The notes beneath the pieces were generated by a model that was not told where the DNA came from, made no database searches, and worked only from the letters and a program-made list of their open reading frames with translations. DNA of 64,000 bases from Octopus vulgaris (Eukaryota): NCBI GenBank assembly GCA_951406725.2, contig OX597831.1, positions 31,558,001-31,622,000 on the forward strand, in the 5' to 3' direction. Positions 51,361-62,996 of this stretch are shown piece by piece; position 1 is the first letter of the stretch, and each line of letters begins with the position of its first letter. A program made the position numbers and the translations under genes.

Positions 51361-52881
51361 GGTAAAACTGCAACCTTTTTGTTTTCTTTATTTTTTTGTT
51401 TACTTTGTGCATTGTTCTGGCTTTACACGACAGCTGTGTGTGTGTGTGTGTGCACACACAGAATTTTTAACTTTAGCTTTGAAGGAAATTGAAATAATAG
51501 CAAATACTTATATTTTTAACTCAATTTTCTATTGTCTTGTCAGCTGTTATTGTTTTTCTTTCCTTTGTATACTCTTAAGCTTGCTTCCCAACCAGTCTCA
51601 GGCTGACCAAAACCTTGTGAGTATATTTGGTAGACAGAAACTGAAAGAAGTCTGTTGTATGTGTGTGTGTCTGTTTGTCTGCCCACCATCACTTCTATCC
51701 CCGTAACTTAGCAGTTTGGCAAAAGAGACTGATAGAATAAGTTCTAGGTGCACAAAGAATAAGTCCTGGGGTTGATTTCTTTGATTAAACAACCCTTTAA
51801 GGCGGTGCCCCAGCATGGCTGCAGTCAACAATGACTGAAACAAATAAGAGTAATATATAGATATATATTTAAATGTGTGTGTGTGCATGAGAGAGGAGTT
51901 GTGGCATACCTACAGCTTTGTGCCCACTCTCCACCGACTTCCTGTGGGGTTGTTTTCCTAAAGTCTGTTGACATACAAGTGGTTTCCAACCTTTTCACTA
52001 CCAAGGACCTCTTTTATTTAAATGAGTTTTCCCACGGTCCCCAAGATATCCTTTACTACCCTAGGCACAAGGCACGAAATTTTGGGGGAGGCGGGGCCAG
52101 TCATAACTGTACTTAATTTATCAACCCCGAAAGGATGAAAGGCAAAGTTGACCTCAGTGGAATTTGAACTTGGAATGTAACGACAGTCGAAATGCCACTA
52201 GGCATTTCGCCTGGCGTGCTAACAATTCTGCCAGTTACCCCAGGATATTGAAAGGTCTGTCTGCTACGTTGACAGACGCCCCAGAACTACCTTTGTGGGC
52301 CACACATTGGGAACCACTGAGCTACACACACACACACACACATTTATAATGGTAGTATCTGGAGTGCGAAAGAGATTGTTCTATAATTTCTTTCTAAGCA
52401 AAGTGCATGCCTGACTGAATTAGTGAGTAAATGTTTGTGTTTTACAGAAGCTCACTCCTGCCTTCGAATCAACACTCCCTGTATAGGGGCACAGTGTGTC
52501 ATTTGTTGAAGTGATCACAGGACAACACAAAGTGTTTTGTTGAAGACCACAACAAACCACTCAGTCTTGGTATCAAGTTCATGATCATGCAACTGCCAGT
52601 GCAAAGGCATGTCTCCTCATTTTTTAAATGTGTAAGTTCAAAAAAAGAAAAATTTGGAAAAACTCCGTCCCGAATGCCTTGGGTTGGGGCATATGGGAAT
52701 TAATGTAAAAAAAAAAAAAAATCGAAATTTTCTAATGTTTTTTTTTCATAAAAAGCTCCCCCCATTCCATTTTTCTGAAGTGTGTAGTGAAAAAAAAAAA
52801 ATTTTTTTTTATTAATTTCTATCAAAACAGACTAAATCCAACTTATGTGGGCAACCTATTCCAGGCCTCCTCCTTTATATA

Positions 52882-53392
52882 CAGGGTGGGGGCATGTGCA
52901 AAAGTAGATATACAGTAAGTATTGCATCAATGTTATAATACTTAGTTCATTAAAATTATTGGCACTTTAGTTAGCTACATTTTTTACATTTTCAGTGTCA
53001 TTAATCCTAATAACACATTTATCCTAATTATAATACTTTATTTACATTTGATGGATATTTGTCCTCATCTTGTTTGTTGTTAACACAACATTTTGACTGA
53101 TATACCCTCCAGCCTTCATCAGGTGTCTTGGGGAAATTTCGAACCTGCGTTCTCATTCCTAAGGTATTTTTGGATGTTGTTATTATTATTCAGGTCACTG
53201 CCTGGAATCGAACTTGGAATCTTGAGGTTAGTAGCCTGCGCTCTTAACCACTATGCCATATGCCCATGGGCATATGGCATAGTGGAACTGGAATAATACT
53301 TTTATTGTATCTTTTAATTTTTTTTTATAAAAATAAATGAGAATTGTATGCGTTTTCTTTTTTTTTTGTATACCTACTTTTGCACCACCCTG
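52882..53392. mobile_element. Tc1/mariner MITE hosting the ribozyme-bearing SINE-like insertion
   Basis: TA TSD; TIRs CAGGGTGG..TGCAAAAGTAG / CTACTTTTGCACCACCCTG. Confidence 0.75.
53040..53292 (-). mobile_element. tRNA-headed SINE-like element with 3' hammerhead motif and 5' foldback
   Basis: A box TGGCATAGTGG, B box GTTCGATTCC; hammerhead-like motif 53082-53127; palindrome 53248-53285; ATAATACTTT direct repeat on both flanks. Confidence 0.7.
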
Positions 53393-53469
53393 TATACACA
53401 CACACAGGAGTAATATGTATATGTGGGGTAGAAAGGATGAATGTTTTTGAAAAATTCACAAAATCATTA

Positions 53470-54410
53470 ATTTTAACTGCAAACAAATTTTATTGACATC
53501 AATGTGTTCGTATTGGATTAACATTTGTCAAAATCAGGTGTGAAAAACAACATCCATCATGTGGTGTCCGTTTTCATTGATGCATTTCTGAAGGCGTTCT
53601 TGGAAGTTTGCCTCCACTCTCTCCAGCATTGCTCTGTTGCTTTGGCCGACTTCCACATGAATAGCTTCCTTCAAATTGTTCAGTGTATGGGGCTTATGTG
53701 CATACACACGTTCCTTGAGGTTTCCCCATGAGAATTAATCACACATGGACAAATCAGGCGACTGAGGAGGCCAAGGTATGTCAAACCTGGAAATGAGGCA
53801 GTTACCGAAGAGAGGGCTGTGTGGGCCATCACCCCATCCTGCTGAAACCACACACGTCGAATAGGCATACGATGGGCAAAAAGAAGTTATCATTTCAATG
53901 TAATGCTCGGAGTTCACAGTAACAGCATTTCCATTATTGTCTTCAGAAAAGTAAGGACCAATGACGCCAGCTTTTCCAACAGCACACCAGACCATCACTT
54001 TTGGGCTGTGCTGTGGTCTTTCGTGCAGTTCTCTTGGTTTTTCAAGAGCCCAATAACGACAGATCTGTTGATTCACGATGCCAATGAGATGAAAATGAAC
54101 ATCGCTCATTAACAAAATGAGGTTGTCATTGCTTCCATCTGACGTGCGAAGTTAAGCCACTGGGCATAGTCCCATGATTTCAACTGTTGCCCAGCGAACA
54201 ATTTGTACGGGTGGAAATGCAGGTCTTCATGCAAAATACACCTTACTGATCGATTTCTGATGCCAAGTTCAGTGGAATGCCTCGGAGCAGAGCGATTCAG
54301 ACCCCATATCAAAGCTTGTCTGATGCATTCCACATTTTCTAGGGCCTGTACCATTTGTGGCACCCTCACCGGTCTCCTATTCATTAGTGTACGAAGTACA
54401 TTCACCCACC
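53470..54410 (-). pseudogene. Degenerate Tc1/mariner transposase (rosa/DD41D-like)
   Basis: SDVHFHL..VNQQ.CRYW, HSPKVMVWCAV...IGPYF, WFQQDG..AHTA and WPPQSPDLS.CD spread over shifted frames. Confidence 0.85.
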
Positions 54411-54855
54411 TTATGTGAATGGATTGAATAAATGTAGACTTTGTTTAGCTGAAAGAGCTCAGATCCTATTCAGATCTAAGATACCTAACTCTCTATTGAA
54501 CTTCAAGTCAGAAATTTTCAGTTGTTGCAAGCATATGCATAAATATATTTTAAAGAACTGGAAAATCCTGCCTATTCCTGACTTGATATATTTCCAGCCT
54601 TATCATTTAAGGTCTAAGGAGGATAGCTCTTTTACCTTTTTATTTTTTTATATTTTACATTTCAGTTTTGTGTTTGTTTTCCGGTTTTTATTTTCTATAT
54701 GCTGTCTTCTCAGGTTTTTCACATTTCTTCTATTATTAAACTTTTTTAGTTCATTATGATATGTGGTTTGCGTCTGAAGAATATGTTTGAGTATTTCTCA
54801 ACATATGAAACTATTACTAGCACTTAAGTACATATATTATGCCCTTTAAATAAAT
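54408..54855 (+). mobile_element. Penelope-like element 3' end (ORF C-terminus plus pLTR with hammerhead motif) abutting (TA)n
   Basis: PYVNGLNKCRLCLAER...LLNFKSEIFSCCKH fits the PLE C-terminal C.LCL.E...LN..SE..S.C.H pattern; CTGAAGA-stem-GAAA at 54774-54810. Confidence 0.8.
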
Positions 54856-54872
54856 ATATATATATATATATA

Positions 54873-55154
54873 CAGTGGCGGACTGGCCAGGTTGCCAGCT
54901 TGCCCGATGGTAAGTGGGCCCCCACGAATTCATAAATGGGAGCCCATGTTAGTATCTAAGAGGCCCATCCCCTCAGGTTAGAGGATTTTTTATTCACTCC
55001 TGGAAGAATACATTATTTCAGCCTGGCTGTGTTTGTAGACAGTTGAAAAGAATATATTTAACAACAAAAAAAAAATTAAATGATAGCATTTTAGTTGCAG
55101 GTGGGTCCCCTTAATCTTCTGGCAACCAATATTTTTAGAACCAGTCTGTCACTG
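54873..55154. mobile_element. hAT-like MITE
   Basis: TIRs CAGTGGCGGACTGG / CCAGTCTGTCACTG. Confidence 0.65.
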
Positions 55155-57139
55155 TGTATGTATATATAGATTGTTTTGAGGATATATTAACCTCTTAAAG
55201 TGATGATTACATCCAAGAATACTCTGGTTCAATACTTTATATCTCTGGGAAATAAATTTCTCCAAATCAATGTAACCCATATTCCATTAAGAGAAGGAAA
55301 AAGTTAACAGTTAATAATTATTTTGGAGATGTACTTGCGCATAGTGAGTGACTTGATCTGAGATCGTGTGCTGGAATGAAAACAATTGCAGCGTGGAAGG
55401 TGTTAATAAGCCATTTAAGAAACACACAAAAGCCGTTAGATTCACTTCAACATTTAAATTTAATTTGTCAAAATATTTTTGTTGCGGTTTCAAAGTGATG
55501 AAAATATTTTGACAAATTAAATTTAAATGTTGAAGTGAATCTAACGGTTTTGGTAATTATTTATTTATTTTGTATTTATTCACCAAATTACAAATTTATG
55601 CAATAAATCTGCATTTATAAGTTATGAGCAAAAAATATTAAGGAAATATTAGACATTACAAAATTACATGTTGACCAATCTATTCTTTCCACAATCTGTT
55701 GACCAATCTGTTCTTAGACACACACACACACATGCATTATGTGGGCAATATTTTCAACTGAGCTGTTCTGATTGTATCTAATTCTGCAAGTGCTTTAATT
55801 CTGTGTATGTACATACATTTACTAGATTGCTGACGTTTATCAATTTTTTTTTCCCCTTTTGTGCTGATGTGCCATTTTCTATCAATTATAAAACCGTTAC
55901 CATTTTTGATGACACGGGGTCTGTTAGCTTATGTATTAATGTGCTTATGGCTGAAAAGCATTATAAAATTACGTGATTCATTGAAAGGAAAGATAAAAAG
56001 CGTGAGAGAGAAGTGTCTGCAACATGCGGTAGGTGGAACATAATATTTATTAAGTGGTTAAAAAGTTTGTTGAAGGGAGTGATATAGAGAAAGAGAGTTA
56101 GGAATACAGTGTTTAACACAGAAGGTGGAGGCGGTGGTGGTGAGGTTAAAGAAAAGCAAATAGAAAGATGGGGAGAGGGTAGTTATGCGATTGCCAGCTG
56201 ATACATTAAGCTGCCATGTGGTTAGTGGAAGTGAGAAGTGAAGAGAAAGAGGAGTGAAATTGTGTAAGGGGGCAATGACATCTTTGAAGAAAGAGGTAGA
56301 GAGAGAGGCGGTGGTGGGGAGAGTTTCATCATCATCGTTTAGCGTCCGTTTTCCATGCTAGCATGGGTTGGACGGTTCTACAGGGGTCTGTGAAGCCAGA
56401 AGGCTTCATCAGGCCCAGTCAAATCTGGCAGTGTTTCTACGGCTGGATGCCCTTCCTAACGCCAACCACTCCATGAGTGTAGTGGGTGCTTTTTACGTGC
56501 CACCCGCACAGGTGCCAGACAAAGCTGGCAAACGGCCACAAACGGATGGTGCTTTTTATGTGCCACCGGCACGGGGGCCAGGCGAGGCTGGCAATGGACA
56601 TGAACGGATGGTGCTTTTTACATGCCACCGGCACGATTTTACGTGCTACTGAGCAGAGCTAAAATTTTAAACAAACATATTGTGACTGACAAAAAAAAAT
56701 ATTTTAATTTTCAAATTTTCGTATCTTCTATCTTTCGATCAATTTATCTGTCTGTCCAGATTGACAAATAAATCAGTGGTTGGAGATAATAAAGTTATCG
56801 TGGCTAGATAGACAGATTGATTTTCCACTGAAAGTAATGTAAAAAAACTTAGCAAAATAGCTGCGGGCGTTATTACTTTTTTTAAAAAGTTCATTATTCA
56901 AACTTTGTATTGTCAGATAAATACATCGACAGCAAAAAAAAAAAAAGTAGAGGCACAGGAGTGGCTGTGTGGTAAGAAGCTTGCTTCCCAACCACATCGT
57001 TGTGGGTTCAGTTCCACTGCGTGGCACCTTGGACTAGTGTCTTCTAATATAACGTCAGGCAACCAAAGCCTCATGAGTTGTTTTGGTAGACGGAAACTGA
57101 AAGAAGCCCATTGTGTGTGTGTATATATATATATATATA

Positions 57140-57563
57140 GGTGCAGGAGTGGCTGTGTGGTAAGTAGTTTGCTTACCAACCACATGGTTCCGGGTTCAGT
57201 CCCCACTGTGTGGCACCTTGGGCAAGTGTCTTCTACTATAGCCTCGGGCCAACCAAAGCCTTGTGAGTGGATTTGGTAGACGGAAACTGAAAAGAAGCCC
57301 GTCATATATGTATATATGTGTGTGTGTGTGTGTGCGTGTATGTTTGTGTGTCTGTATTTGTCCCCCTAGCATTGCTTGACAACCGATGCTGGTGTGTTTA
57401 TGTCCCCATCACTTAGCAGTTCGGCAAAATAGACCGATAGAATAAGTACTGGGCTTACAAAGAATAAGTCCCGGGGTCGAGTTGCTCGATTAAAAGGCGG
57501 TGCTCCAGCATGGCCGCAGTCAAATGACTGAAACAAGTAAAAGAGTAAAGGGAGTAAAAGAGT
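57140..57563 (+). mobile_element. tRNA-derived SINE, preceded by a partial copy at 56951-57115
   Basis: Full-length copy of the 15327 family. Confidence 0.85.
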
Positions 57564-57899
57564 ATATATGTTTGTGTTCGTGTTTGTCCCTCATCATCGT
57601 TTGACAACCTATATTGGTGTTTGGCAACAACATGTGGATAATGTAGTCTTAAGCATACTAAATGAGCTGGTCATGGCTGGAGCACTTTCAGTCATCGCTT
57701 TGCTGTATCAAGAAGGCTGACCTAGAGTTAAATAACTTCTGATGTGATAAGTAGAGACAGTGAATGGAGTTTGTGTCAGCATAGTTGTGTAGTTATAGAA
57801 ACAGTTAATAGTAGTGAATGGGTACAAAAGAAAGGTGTAACCTGATTCTTTGCAGTGGGGTGCGGGGTACAGAAGCAAATTAAGAGGAAATAACTTATA

Positions 57900-58525
57900 A
57901 GAAACTGGTGTAGGATACAGCCGGGTCTTCACAGTCACAGTATATCTCCAGAGGTCTCAGTCTTTCATCATTGCCTCTATGAAGGCCCAACTTTCGAAGG
58001 TCATGCTTCACTACCGCATCCCATGTCTTCCTGTGTCTACCTCTACCCCGGATTCCTTCAACTATTTGGGAGTGGCATTTCTTCACACATCTCTCCTCAT
58101 CCATCTATAGTATATGACCCTACCAGCGCAAACGTCTCGCTTGCATGCCACATCCGATGCATCTTATGTCCAGCATTTCTCTCAGGACGCTTACACTCTA
58201 TCGTGCGTGCACACTGACATTACACATCCAGCAAATCATGCTATCTTCATTTCTTTCAAGCTTACGCATGTCCTCCATAGTCACGACCCATGTTTCACTA
58301 CCGTGAAGCATGGCAGTTTGCACACATACATCGTATAATCTACCTTTCACTCTGAGTGAGAGACCCTTTGTTGCCAGTAGGGGTAGAAGCTTTCTAAACT
58401 TTGCCCAGTCTATTCTTATTCTAGGGTAACACTCTCTGAGCATCCACCCCCTCTACTAACTTGGTCGCCTAGGTAGCAGAAGCTATCAACTACTTCTAGT
58501 TTCTCCCCCTGGAGTGTGATGGAAT
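57900..58525 (-). mobile_element. RTE LINE fragment (ORF C-terminus)
   Basis: KGRLYDVCVQTAMLHGSETW, MDEERCVKKC, GRGRHRKTW. Confidence 0.9.
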
Positions 58526-58747
58526 ATCATGTATGTTATACATGTACATCCTATTATCTACTGCCATTTTTATCTTTGCTTAGGGATTAGTAAATAAACT
58601 TGTAGTTTAGTGATAGTTGACTGACACACTTTCAGAATAGCCATCACTACTTTATGGCGAAGGAAAAGATCTGTCTATTGGGTGATAATTTTATAGTTTA
58701 TTTACTAATCTTTTACTATATACAAAAATTGGCTATCAGTAATAGGA

Positions 58748-58788
<41 letters not shown>

Positions 58789-58920
58789 CTTGTTAAAAAA
58801 TTCCCTCTTATATTTATGTATAAAATACTATTTACTGAATCTCAGTTTTTTATATGTTAGACCACTGGTGTTAAAATTGATATTATCAAATTAATATCGA
58901 ATTTTTCACCCTCATTTTGA

Positions 58921-58989
<69 letters not shown>

Positions 58990-59728
58990 CATCATTTAGC
59001 ATCCGCTTTCCATGCTAGCATGGGTTGGACGGTTCAACTGGGGTCTGGGAGGCCAGAAGGCTGCACCAGGCCCAGTCTGACCTGGCAATGTTTCTACGGC
59101 TGGATGCCCTTCCTAACGCCAACCACTCCGTGAATGTAGCAGGTGCTTTTTATGTGCCACCGGCACAGGTGCCAGACGGGGCTGGCAAACGGCCATGGTC
59201 GGATGGTGCTTTTTACGTGCCACCGGCATGGGGGCCAGGTGAGGCAGGCAACGGCCACGATTGGGTGGTGCTTTTTACGTGCCACCGGCATGGGGGCCAG
59301 GTGAGGCTGGCAACGGCCACGATCGGATGGTGCTTTTTACGTGCCGCCGGCACTGATGCCGGTCGGGGCGGCGCTGGCAACAGCCACGTTTGGATATTAG
59401 GGCTTCACTTTAGCCTTATTATTATTATTAGTTTATCAGTTCTTTCATCCCACATTATTTTGTGACCTCTTTAGCAGCTTTCTGTTCCTTGTGTGTTCAC
59501 TTATTGCTTATCTTGTCCTGTCTGTTTTATTTTACCTTTCTGTTTGTATATGTCACTATTTGTACAAGCATCTACGTCTGTGTGTGAGTGTAGATAGGTT
59601 TGTATATCACTGTTTGCACCTGTCTTTTATCATTTATTCAAGCTTTTTCTTATTCTGCCTTAGTTGTTGGGTTGCAGGGTGTGATGGAGTGGGGCATCGT
59701 TATAACTCACTACAAGTGTTCTTGTGAG

Positions 59729-60311
59729 ACTTGGCCTATTTTCTGTTATATACGGGGGGGGGGCCTCACTTGGCCTATTTTCTATTATATACGGGGGGGG
59801 GGCTCACTTGACCTATTTTCTATTATATACGGGGGGGGCTCACTTGGCCTATTTTCTATTATATACGGGGGGGGCTCACTTGGCCTATTTTCTATTATAT
59901 ACGGGGGGCCTCACTTGGCCTATTTTCTATTATATACGGGGGGGGCCTCACTTGGCCTATTTTCTATTATATACGGGAGGGGGCCTCACTTGACCTATTT
60001 TCTATTATATACGGGGGGGGCTCACTTGGCCTATTTTCTATTATATACGGGAGGGGACTCACTTGGCCTATTTTCTATTATATACGGGAGGGGGCCTCAC
60101 TTGGCCTATTTTCTATTATATACGGGAGGGGGCCTCACTTGGCCTATTTTCTATTATATACGGGGGGGGGCTCACTTGGCCTATTTTCTATTATATAGGG
60201 GGGCCTCACTTGGCCTATTTTCTATTATATACGGGGGGGGGCTCACTTGGCCTATTTTCTATTATATACGGGGGGCCTCACTTGGCCTATTTTCTATTAT
60301 ATATGGGGCCC
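59729..60311. repeat. 35-39-bp minisatellite, about 16 units, with variable G run
   Basis: Unit CTTGGCCTATTTTCTATTATATAC(G)nCTCA. Confidence 0.95.
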
Positions 60312-60982
60312 TCCCTCTGTAATCGGAGTGTGATTTCTATTTTATGTGTCAATAAAATTTTAACATCCGTTATCTACTTTTATATCCATGTATTGGATAT
60401 ATAGTATAATGGAGCAGGGGAAAGAAAGTATATACACACCGCACTACTATTTCTATTACATGGGGCTCAACGCACTATATCAAAGGCTCACAGTGAACTG
60501 CTATCAACACAGAACTGCCAATCATACACAGTCCGTCCACTTTTTAGTCTTTTGGTGGCTGGTCGGAATCCTTCCACAACATCTACCAAGCATACTTGTT
60601 CTAGGTTAGCATTTTGATGTAGCAATGACAAGCTTTTCTCCTCCTTGAGTCTCTGCCAGTTTTCACGTATCCTCTCATTTATGATTGAGAGAGCAGCTGT
60701 CGCTACAATGTACATTGTCTTGTTTCTGCACCACCCCTCTGTACTCCTTACACTACAGAATGCATTTCTAGTTTTGCAGTATAGTGTAAAGCTTACTCTT
60801 TACACTATACAATTCCTATCACTACAGGGGGTTCTTTCAAATGGGTATGTTCCAAAGATCAGGGATTTTATGGGAGCTCCTGCTGTTTATGCCTGTAAAC
60901 ATTTGATCTCTACTTCTAGCATATTGGTATTGGCCTTCCAGCACCCTTATTTATATTTTCATGAACTGAGGTATTTTGGGTT

Positions 60983-62713
60983 GCAAGACAGTGTGTGAGA
61001 GAAAATTGTGATGTCACAGGAGAGAAATGTGTCCGCATGGATGATGGAGCACTTGCTTTTAATGATTCAGAAAAGGAAGAGGCTTGGAGAAGCCATTATG
61101 AAAGACTGCTGAATGTGGAGAATGAATGGCAGGAGGAGAGCCTGCCAAATGTTGACCCAGTAGAGGGACCAGCTATCTGAATAGACAGCTCCTTTGTAGA
61201 TAAAGCAATTAAGAGTATGAAGCCAGGAAAAGACCCCAGCCCATCAGGAATCACTGCTGAGATGCTTAAAACATCTGGTGGTGTGGGCTACGGTCTAGTC
61301 ACCCACATTGTAAACCAGGTAGTTCATGATGGAGTCATACCCAATGACTGGCGTAGCAGCACCATAGTCAACTGCTACAAGGGTAAAGGTGATGCTCCAG
61401 ATAGAAATAACTACAGGAGTATCAAACTGCTGGATCAGGTGATGAAGGTCACGGAGAGGGTCATAGCCCATCTCATTAGGGAGAGATTCTGCTTAGATGA
61501 GATGCAGTTCAGTTTTGTGCTGGGTAGAAGTACCACTGATGCCATATTCCTGGTTCAACAACTGCAGGAGAAATACCTGGCTAAAGATAAAACCCTATAC
61601 TTAGCTTTTGTGGACTTGGAGAAAGCCTTTCACAGGGTCCCAGATCCCTTATCTGGTGGGCGATGTGGAAACTGGGGATTGACGAATGGTTAATAAGGGC
61701 TATACAGGCCCTATAAAGAGAGGCTGTTAGTAAGGTTAGGATTAGCAATCAGTATAGTGAAGAATTCCAGGTAGAAGTAGGGGTCCACCAAGGTTCAGCC
61801 CTCAGTCCCCTTTTATTCATCATAGTCCTCCAGGCAATAACAGGAATTCAAGGCAGGTTGCCCCTGGGAGCTCCCCTGATGACCTGGCCCTCATAGCAGA
61901 ATCACTACCAGAACTAAAGAAATTTCAGGTGTGGAAGCAAGGTTTAGAATCGAAACGCCTTAGGATCATGTTGCAAAGACCAAAATTCTAGTAAGTAGGA
62001 AGGCGAACACATCACACACCCACACAGCTAGGTGACCCTGCTCGATGTGTAGAAAAGGTGTAGGTAGAAACTCCATAAGATGTACCCAGTGTAAGCTATG
62101 GACACTTAAGAGGTGCAGCAACATCAAAGGAAGATTAACCGAGAAGATAGCATTTGTGTGTGGCAGATGCACAGGGGCAGTAAACACCACAGATGCTCAA
62201 AAAACAGATTCCATCACACTCCAGGTGGAGAAACTAGAAGCAGTTGATAGCATCCACTACCTACGTGACCAAGTTGGTAGTGGTGGGGGGGATGCTCAGA
62301 GTGTTACCACTAGAATAAGAATAGCCTGGGAAAAGTTTAGAAAGCTTCTATCCCTACTGGTGATAAAGGGCCTCTTGCGTGGAGTGAAAGGTAGATTGTA
62401 TGATGCATGTGTACGAACTGCCATGCTTCACGGTTGTGAAACGTGGGCTGTGACTGAAGAAGACATGCGTAGGCTTGAAAGAAATGAAGCTAGTATGATC
62501 CGCTGGATGTGTAACATCAGTGTGCACACACGACAGAGTGTAAGCGCCCTGAGAGAAATGTTGGATATAAGCATCAGATATGGTGTGCAAGAGAGACGTT
62601 TGTGCTGGTATGGTCATATACTATGGATGGATGAGGAGAGATGTGTGAAGAAATGCCACTCCCAAACAGTTGAAGGAATCCGGGGTAGAGGTAGACCCAG
62701 GAAGACATGGGAT
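60983..62713 (+). mobile_element. Degenerate RTE LINE (RT domain, Cys-rich insert, C-terminus)
   Basis: KGKGD...NYRSIKLL, STTDAIF, AFVDLEKAF, CRKGVGRNSIRCTQC; stops and frameshifts. Confidence 0.92.
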
Positions 62714-62770
62714 TTGTTTTTATATTTTCTTCAGTTTGTTTAATAACATTAAGATCTGTTTTCTTTGTAG

Positions 62771-62996
62771 GATCAATTCTTGTTTGGACATTATTATCGA
62801 AGGAATTCCATTCTTGAAAGATCTCCACATTGAACCTGGGTCTGCCAAGGACCATTCACAACTTAAAACATTTGACCAGTTACAGGAAACCTTTACACAT
62901 TATTTCACAAAAGGCTCTGCTGCCGAAAGAACATTCCAGGATGTGGAAGCTTTCAAGAAAATGGTTTCTGTGGCACAGTCACAGCCTAATGTTCAG
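62771..62996 (+). CDS. ADPGK: ADP-dependent glucokinase, coding exon 2 (INSCLDIIIEG...KDHSQL...KGSAAERTF...PNVQ); gene continues past the window
   Basis: ttgtag/gtgagc, 226 nt; matches the ADPGK pattern N.C.D...KDH..L...F..KG.AAER.F. Confidence 0.95.

Noticed and set aside
53193-53264. tRNA gene
   Set aside because: A and B boxes are present but the acceptor and anticodon stems pair poorly; better read as a SINE head.
59600-60404. 240-aa ORF and overlapping ORFs
   Set aside because: Read-through of a stop-poor minisatellite in several frames.
62045-62743. 232-aa ORF as a host gene or ADPGK exon
   Set aside because: It is the RTE LINE C-terminus; ADPGK exon 1 joins 62771 in frame without it.
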